Source of the DNA: Fonticula alba ATCC 38817
Lineage: Eukaryota > Protista > Nucleariida
DNA: 15,807 nucleotides
Strand: one strand, 5' to 3'
NCBI GenBank assembly: GCA_000388065.2
Contig: KB932208.1
A model generated the notes under the pieces. It saw only the letters and a program-made list of their open reading frames with translations, was not told the origin of the DNA and did no database searches. Below, in pieces: positions 1 through 7,243 of this stretch; the first letter of the stretch is position 1, and each line of letters begins with the position of its first letter. A program made the translations under genes and the position numbers.

Positions 1-58
<58 letters not shown>
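1..58. repeat. Poly-G homopolymer (58 nt) at the window edge
   Basis: Uninterrupted G run directly visible. It may be truncated by the window edge and its length may be unreliable. Confidence 0.9.
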
Positions 59-61
<3 letters not shown>

Positions 62-726
62 CACCTCCGGAGCATCCTCTTTTCTGGCGTGTGCTGCGCA
101 TCGGCCCCCTCGCGTCAGGCTCGTAGTGGGGTGCTGGTGTGTGCGCGCCGGCGCGTGCAGCCGCGCGGCAGGGCGATCGTGGGCCCGGTGACACGAGTGA
201 CGACAGGCGACCCCGGCGGCCGGCCGGCGGTCCTGTGCGCGCGCACACACACACACACACATGGGTCCGCCTCGGGGGGACCGGGGGGGGGGGGGAGCAA
301 GGCGCGGAGGCGTGCGTGTCCCGAGCCGGCCCACGCACCGGCCCTCCTTCCTTCCCTCCCTCTCCCGGCGGTCGGGCAGGCGGAAATGCCCGCCGCGGCC
401 CCCCGCCCGCCACGGGTCCCTGCGAGGCTGGCCGAAGCATCTGGAGCCGGCGTTGCCCCTTGTCCGCGCCGGGGGCGGTGCGTCCCGGGCTGCGCCGCAA
501 AGGCGGGGGTGGGGTTAGCGCCGGAGGTGCTCCCTGGCCGGGATTTTCCCCTGCCCCCCTGTGGGAGTCCTCCGCACCCCCCCCCCTCGGTGCCCTGCGC
601 GCGCGCGCGCACACACACACACGCGCACGGGCACGGGCAGCCCCCTCGCGTGTGGCGCTGCGCATATGGGCCGCGCGTGCCATGCCTCTCTTTCCTTGGT
701 GCACAGGCCCGGGCTCCGATCAGCCC

Positions 727-730
<4 letters not shown>

Positions 731-770
<40 letters not shown>
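731..770 (+). repeat. (GGCT)10 tetranucleotide microsatellite
   Basis: Ten perfect GGCT units followed by GGCC. It produces the AGWL and QPAS repeats in the spurious ORFs. Confidence 0.95.
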
Positions 771-775
<5 letters not shown>

Positions 776-1101
776 GCAGGCCCCCGGTCGGCGGCCGAGC
801 CATGGACGAGGGGCCCTTTTCTTTTCCGTCTGCCCCGCGTGCGCCCCGCTGCCACCTCTGCCCCCGCGCGTTGCCCGGCCCCCCTCGTGGGCGCGAGCCT
901 GGCGCGTGAGTGCGCGGGCGCGCACTACCCCCCCCCCCCCCCCCCCCCGCCGCTCGACGTGCCGCGGCGAGTGCGCGCCTCCCTTCCCCCTGCCCCAGCC
1001 GCTTCTATTGAGGTGCCACCTCTCTCGACTAGCCACCCCAAGGCCCTGTCCTGGAGACTGGCTCAATTCCCCGAGCTCCTTCTGATGTATGCTTCTCGCC
1101 C

Positions 1102-1443
1102 NNNNNNNNNNNNNNNNNNNNNNNNNNNNNNNNNNNNNNNNNNNNNNNNNNNNNNNNNNNNNNNNNNNNNNNNNNNNNNNNNNNNNNNNNNNNNNNNNNN
1201 NNNNNNNNNNNNNNNNNNNNNNNNNNNNNNNNNNNNNNNNNNNNNNNNNNNNNNNNNNNNNNNNNNNNNNNNNNNNNNNNNNNNNNNNNNNNNNNNNNNN
1301 NNNNNNNNNNNNNNNNNNNNNNNNNNNNNNNNNNNNNNNNNNNNNNNNNNNNNNNNNNNNNNNNNNNNNNNNNNNNNNNNNNNNNNNNNNNNNNNNNNNN
1401 NNNNNNNNNNNNNNNNNNNNNNNNNNNNNNNNNNNNNNNNNNN
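1102..1443. other. Assembly gap (342 N)
   Basis: N run, followed by a C tract. Confidence 0.99.
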
Positions 1444-1469
1444 CCCCCCCCCCTCCCGAAAGCAACACC

Positions 1470-4400
1470 ATGACATCCGCCCAGGTCGCCGACGTCAACG
1501 CTGTGGTCGATGTGCCCGACACCGTTGACATGAGCGAGGTCCTCAGTGTCCCGACCAATGCCACCACCGCCGCCAGCCCCGCCGCCGAGGAGAACACCGA
1601 GGCCGAGCACGAGGAGGACGTCGGTGCCGCCGGTCTCGACCTGCTGGTTTACCTGCCGGGCAAGGTCGACCCGGTGTACTTCCCGATCCCGGACTGCCCG
1701 TCGCTCAATGACGTGGTCATCCTCTTCTCCACCAACCCGGCCATCCTGCACTTCTCGCACTTCACCCTGGCTCTCAAGAATGGCGCCTCCCTGCCGCTGT
1801 ACCTCTCGCCGCAGGAGGCCCTCCTCATGCAGGAGGAGGACCCGGCCACGGCCACCACCGACGCCGACCGGGCCCTTGTCCAGCGCCTGGGCCAGGCGGC
1901 CCTGTCCACCACCGCGGCCGACAGCAGCCAGGACGCCTTCCCCGCGCCGGCGACACGACGCTCTTCCGATCTGCCTCCCTGCCGCTGTACCTCTCGCCGC
2001 AGGAGGCCCTCCTCATGCAGGAGGAGGACCCGGCCACGGCCACCACCGACGCCGACCGGGCCCTTGTCCAGCGCCTGGGCCAGGCGGCCCTGTCCACCAC
2101 CGCGGCCGACAGCAGCCAGGACGCCTTCCCCGCGCCGGCGGCCGACGCCGAGATCCTGTCGCTGCTGCTGGTGCCCACCTCGATGACGCAGTTCAGCGCG
2201 CGCGAGCATGTGGAGCGCGTGCGCGACATCCTGGCCGGCTCGCTCTTCCACCCCCCCAGCAGCGCCATCCACGGGGAGCTTTCCTCGGTCAGCGTCTTCC
2301 ACTCGCTCATGGACAAGACGGCCGTCGACATGATGGACCTCCTGACGGCCGGCGGTAGCCCCGACGAGCCGGCCGCCGCCCCGACCCCCGAGCAGGTGGC
2401 CGCCCTGCAGTCCTGGGTCTTCGAGGACTTCGCCGAGTCCCTCTTCCCCAGCAAGCTGTCTCTGATCGCCGATCGCATCCCCCACCCGGTCCGCCGGATC
2501 TCCCTCAACCATCCGCAGAATCCCCCGGCCCCGGCCCAGCGCCTGCGCGGTGTGCTCTTCTTCCTGGCCATCGAGCTGTCGGGCGGCCGCCAGCTGACCG
2601 TCGTCGCCACCACCAAGGGCTTCCGCCTGGAGTCGCCTGCCTCCGGCTCCAACCGTGCCTCGTCCACCCGCCGCCCGGGCCCGCGCGCCGGCCGCGACAA
2701 GTACTCCCTCGCCTTTGCCGGCTCGGCCCCGGCGTCCAATGCCGCGGCCGCCACGGCCGCCGCCGCCCCCGAGCCGCTGGTCCCCCTGGCCGAGGGCCAC
2801 TACTTCTCGCTGATCGACCTGCTCGTGGCCGAGGACTCGCAGGTGGCCCGCCAGATGGATGACCTGCTGGCCGCCATCACTTCCCAGAGCGATGTCGACA
2901 TCATCGCGCCCTTCCGCCCAGCGGTCCAGTGGCTGCTCCCGGCCCAGCTGCCCAAGGAGCACCCCCTGACGCTGGCCAAGCGGGCGGATGCCTTTGCCGC
3001 CGGCCCGGCCCCGGAGGGCCAGCGCTCGCCCGGCGTCCTGGCCGACTGGATCGAGGAGATCAACACGTCGGCCGGCGCGCCGGCCGGCACCGCCGAGCAG
3101 CGCCTCGTCCGCTACCGCAGCATCTGCGACATCCTGCAGTCCTTCACCGAGGCCGCCACCAAGGGCGCCATGGCCGCCATCGATGGCCAGCTCTGCCCGC
3201 TCGGCACCCAGGAGGATGGCGCCCCGGAGGCGCCGCTCTTCCTGCACAACAACATCTTCTTCTCCGTGATCACCGGCCAGGGGAATGTCCGCGCTGCCCT
3301 GGGCGGCGAGTCTGCCGGTGTGTTTTGACCGCTGTGTGCGGTCCCCCGCCCCCGCCCCGCTTGCGCGCGCGCGCGCCTGCCCGCCCGCCTTGTATCCTGA
3401 CCATGCGTGCCCTCTTTCCCCCTTCCCCCTCCCCCCCCCCCCCCTCCAGCCCACTACCTCGCCACCAAGGAGCTCCAGTGCTTCTCGCAGCTCCTGTCCT
3501 TCGGCGTCGACGGTCTGTCGCACATGCTGTCCACCGTGGTGGACTACCGCGGCCACCGTGTCCTGGCCCAGTCCCTCATCCCGGGCATCATGCGTCGTGA
3601 CGATTCGATCGAGCGCGCCGTCGAGAAGGCCACCATGGAGGCCGCCGCCGCCGGGCTCTCCGAGGAGGAGACCCTGGCCGCCATCAAGGCCGCCAGCCTC
3701 GAGGCCAATGTCAACTCCTACGCCTCGCGCCTGATCAAGCTCGGCCACATCGCCGACGACCAGTACAACGTCATCTCCACCTATCGCCAGGCCGATGAGG
3801 ACTTCAATGCCATCTCCCGCAAGGTGGCCAAGCAGTTCCACATGGCCGAGTCCACCGTCATCGACCCGGTCTCCGAGGAGCCGATCACCATCCACGGCAG
3901 CTTCGACGCCAAGGTGCGTGGTCTTCCCCCTGGCGGGCCTCCTCGGGCCCCGGCCCCCTCTCGCCCGCGCGCCCCTCGCCGATGCTCACCCATGTGCCCT
4001 GCCCCCCCCCCCCTCTCTCTCTCTCCCCCCCTCCACAGGGCCTCCTCGGCACCGACAGCCGTCGCTTCCTGATGGAGATGTTCTTCACCGCGCCGGTCGA
4101 TGTGAACTTCCTGCCGGAGGCCCCGCGCCTGGAGCAGGCCGGCCGCGCGCTGGCCTTTGCCGGGCCCCTGGACGAGGCTTTCAGCCACCGCGTGCCGCTC
4201 TTCCGCCATGAGCTGGTCAAGCACTTCCTGTCGAGCCAGTTCAAGAAGCACCTGGCCGAGGCCGACAAGGAGACCCTCACCGGGTCGGATGAGGAGCAGC
4301 TGACCGCCTTCCTGGCGGCCAATGCCTTCGACGTGAACTTCGCCCGGCCGGATGTCCGGCTGACGGCCGAGGCCGAGGAGCGCGCCGCCGGCCCGGTGGG

Positions 4401-6624
4401 CCAGCTGGCCGACTACCTGTGGGACACCGTCCTGCCGGGGTTCGTGCGCAACCTGGCCAGCCCCTCTTCGCAGTTCATCCTGGACTCGGCGGCCCTGTCG
4501 GCGCACATGCATGAGTCCGGCATTTCCATGCGCTACCTCGGTGCCCTGGCGCACCTGGCCGGCCAGCAGCACGCCACCCCGCTGGTGAACATCCTGGTGT
4601 CGGACATCGTGGCCCGGTCGGCCAAGGCCCACCTGCGTCAGGTGCTCTTCGCCACCCCGACGGCCGATGTCCTGGCCGCGGTGACCGCCTTCCTGAATGC
4701 GCTGTTCGTGCCGAAGTTCGGCGGCAACCCCCGGAAGCCGGCCACCACGGTCGAGAGCATCACCCATGCCTCGGTGTGGGCGGCCATTCGCCAGCATGCG
4801 CGCGCGCACTTCCGCTTCACCCTGCCCGGCGGCGAGGACGACACCCTGCCGGCCATCTCGCCCTTCTGGGTTCTCAATGCCCTGGCCACCAAGGTGGGCA
4901 TCCAGCTGGTGGCCCGGTCGTACCCGCTGGCCGCGGCGCTGGCCGGCCAGCACCGGAATGGCGTCTTCCAGCCGGAGGATGTGCTGGCCCTGCTGCCGGT
5001 GGCCTACTCCGTGGACATGGCCCCGCTGGCCGACTACAAGGGGCTGGTGTCTTCGGCTCATGGGTTCCATGCGGAGGCGTCGCGGCTGTGCTCGCGCCGG
5101 TTGAACTTCCTCCAGACGCGCGAGCGCCAGGAGACCCAGCTGTCCAGCGAGCTGAGCCAGGTGGCCATCCTGCTGACCCAGACCACCGAGGAGCATGACA
5201 AATTCGCGCGCCATCTGGCCGACATGCGCAAGATCCGCGACCAGCCCGGGGCCGATGTCGAGCGCGTCGACGAGAACATCACCCTGACCGAGGCCTATCT
5301 GAAGCAGCTGACCGACCGGCTGACGGCCTTCCGCCAGCATCAGACCCGCGCGCAGGAGGCCCTGGCCAAGCTCCAGGCCGTGGAGTACCCGGCTGGCGAT
5401 CTGACCGCCGAGTCGGCGGCCCTGGCCAATGCCAATGGCCTGGCCATGCAGGCCGCCAACATGACCCTCATGCTGCAGCCCTCGCAGCACAACTTCATTT
5501 CCGCCTCCTCGGCGGCCCTGATGCAGCTCCTGTCCAGCATTTGCCTGCTGCGCGAGAAGACCGACATGGCGGTCTACCATCTGGAGCTGGCGGTGGCCAT
5601 CGCCGAGCGTGCCCTCGGCCTGGACCATGGGTCGGTGGTGTCCCTGTACGAGGAGCTGGCCGATCTGACCCTCAGCATGGACTTCGGCCGGGCGGTGGTC
5701 TACTACCGCCGCCTGCTGGGGCTGCTGCGCGCGCGTGCCTCCATGGACACCATTGTCCCGGTGGCGGCCGGCCCGGTGCCGGTCCTGTCCCCGGCCGAGC
5801 AGACCGACCTGGCCGCCCTGAACCGGGCTCTGGCCCAGTTCGACATGCTGCCGGCCGGCTTTGTGGTCACCCCGGCCGCGGTCAAGCTGGCCCATGTGGC
5901 GCAGATCCTGGCCTCCGCCGTGCTGGAGACCTCGCACAGTGCCCTGGGCCTGGACCTGCTGCTGCTTTCGCGGTCGGTCTTCGCTCGGCTGGTGGCCGAT
6001 ACCCCGGCCCCGGCCGTGACTGCCGCCTCGGCCGACGACGCCTCCTCGGCCCCAAGCCAGAGCGCCGTGCTGTCCCTGGCCCAGACGGATTCCCTCCTTG
6101 CGCGGGTTCTCCTGTCCAAGGACTCGGCGGATGCCCTGGACCGTGCGCTGCTCCACCAGGGCAGCGCCGCGGCCCTGGTTCGCTCGCTCTTCCCGGAGGA
6201 CGTGTTTGCCAGCCTGGATGAGCACTTCAACAAGCAGCAGGCCAAGGCCACCGCCGCCGCGGTCGGCTCCCTCAAGAAGGATGCCGATGCCAAGGCGGAG
6301 GCCGAGACCGAGGCTGAGACCGAGGCTGAGACCGAGACCGAGGCCGAGGCCGAGACCGAGTCGTCCTCCCTGCCGGCTGCCGCCCTGCCCTTCCAGTCGC
6401 TCTTCCGTGAGTTCAAGATCCTGTCCGTGTACCACGAGCGCATCCTGGGCCTGAAGAACGCCCCGCCGGCGGCTGCCGCCCCGGCCCCCCAGAAGCCGGC
6501 TGCCGGCGCGGCCCCGGCCCCGGCTGCTGCCGCTGCTGCTGCTGCCCCGGCCGCCGCCGCCGCCGCTGCCCCCAGCGGTGGTCGCAAGTCCGGTCGCAAG
6601 GCCACCGGCGGCCGGCGCAAGTGA
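1470..6624 (+). CDS. CLU1: Clustered mitochondria protein homolog (CLU1/CLUH family; CLU_N, CLU, CLU-central and TPR-like regions), about 1569 aa after correction. Exons: 1470-3317 (minus the artefactual 1953-2140), 3450-3913, 4039-6624
   Basis: Ordered motifs match the CLUH/Clu1 family as I recall it: LLLVPTSMTQFSAREHVERVRDIL (CLU_N), DWIEEIN...FTEAATKGAMAAIDG, LHNNIFFS, VDYRGHRVLAQSLIPGI, KGLLGTDSRRFLMEM, LFRHELV, MHESGISMRYLG, IVARSAKAHLR, KVGIQL, EDVLALLPV and IAERALGLDH (TPR). The ATG has ACC-ATG context. Both GT-AG introns join the frames correctly. Stop TGA at 6622-6624. An upstream exon in or before the gap is not excluded. Confidence 0.92.
1785..2140 (+). repeat. Exact 168-bp direct duplication (1785-1952 and 1973-2140) around an adapter; assembly artefact
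   Basis: Both copies run gcctccctgccgctgtacc...ttccccgcgccggcg and I see no difference between them. The 188-bp excess is not a multiple of 3, and removing it restores the CLU1 frame. Confidence 0.93.
1953..1972 (+). other. Illumina TruSeq adapter / Read 1 primer 3' end, ACACGACGCTCTTCCGATCT (contamination)
   Basis: 20/20 match to the 3' end of ACACTCTTTCCCTACACGACGCTCTTCCGATCT. The minus strand reads AGATCGGAAGAGCGTCGTGT, seen as the peptide DRKSVV in ORF 1825..2754. Confidence 0.97.
3318..3449 (+). other. CLU1 intron 1 (132 nt, phase 1)
   Basis: G|GTGTGT donor, in-frame TGA inside, CTGAC branch-like motif at 3397-3401, poly-C tract and CCAG| acceptor. Splicing gives ESA-A-HYLATKEL in frame. 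Confidence 0.85.
3914..4038 (+). other. CLU1 intron 2 (125 nt, phase 0)
   Basis: AAG|GTGCGT donor, GCTCAC branch-like motif near 3984-3989, pyrimidine tract and ACAG| acceptor. Splicing rebuilds the conserved DAK-GLLGTDSR motif. Confidence 0.92.
6298..6360 (+). repeat. Coding low-complexity repeat (EAET/ET units) in the CLU1 C-terminal region
   Basis: GAGGCYGAGACC-type 12-bp and 6-bp units encoding EAETEAETEAETETEAEAETE. Confidence 0.85.
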
Positions 6625-6821
6625 GCGCACCCATGTGCCGCGTCACCGGCCGTTGGCCGGTCCGATGTAAAATGGCCGGGGAGAGAGGGCGTGACAGGTG
6701 CCCTCGGAACGAGGAGGGCCCTTCCGCACCTCGAGCTGGACATATTTTCCATTCTTTCCCCCCTTTCCCTGTCCAGCCTTGGCTTCGTTGCTGCAAGCAG
6801 CCCCCCCCCCCCCTCTCCTCA

Positions 6822-6976
6822 NNNNNNNNNNNNNNNNNNNNNNNNNNNNNNNNNNNNNNNNNNNNNNNNNNNNNNNNNNNNNNNNNNNNNNNNNNNNNNN
6901 NNNNNNNNNNNNNNNNNNNNNNNNNNNNNNNNNNNNNNNNNNNNNNNNNNNNNNNNNNNNNNNNNNNNNNNNNNNN
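6822..6976. other. Assembly gap (155 N) in the convergent CLU1/DOT1 intergenic region
   Basis: N run flanked by C-rich tracts. Confidence 0.99.
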
Positions 6977-7243
6977 CCCTTTGTGCCCCACTCCCGCGCC
7001 CCCCACAGAGAGAGACGCCCCCGAGTTACCATGGTGCCCGCACTTGCGACGAGGGGAACGCCGGCGTGAATGAAGCAGCGCGCAATCGGGTGTCTATGAT
7101 CGCGCACTTTGCACAAGGACACGCGCAAGGGGGGGGGGGGGGGAGTAGCAGACGTGGGGGGGAGGACCGGCAGCAACAAAGCAACGGCGCCGACCGGAGG
7201 GGGAGAGGGAGGGAGGGAGCTCGCCCGCGGGCACCACGGCAGC

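Noticed and set aside
89-1085. Several overlapping ORFs on both strands upstream of CLU1
   Set aside because: They are Arg/Pro/Gly/Ala-rich translations of microsatellites and GC tracts, with no domain-like content. Some are open only because they run through Ns.
1785-2140. Target-site duplication or mini mobile element
   Set aside because: The spacer is an exact Illumina adapter, and 168 bp is far longer than normal target-site duplications. There are no terminal repeats or transposase.
1470-2186. CLU1 as a frameshifted pseudogene or as two genes
   Set aside because: The frameshift is fully explained by the adapter-containing duplication. The rest of the gene is intact.
1649-6630. Long antisense ORFs (1649..3895 and 3781..6630, minus strand)
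   Set aside because: These are shadow ORFs expected opposite a high-GC3 coding strand. They have no recognisable motifs.
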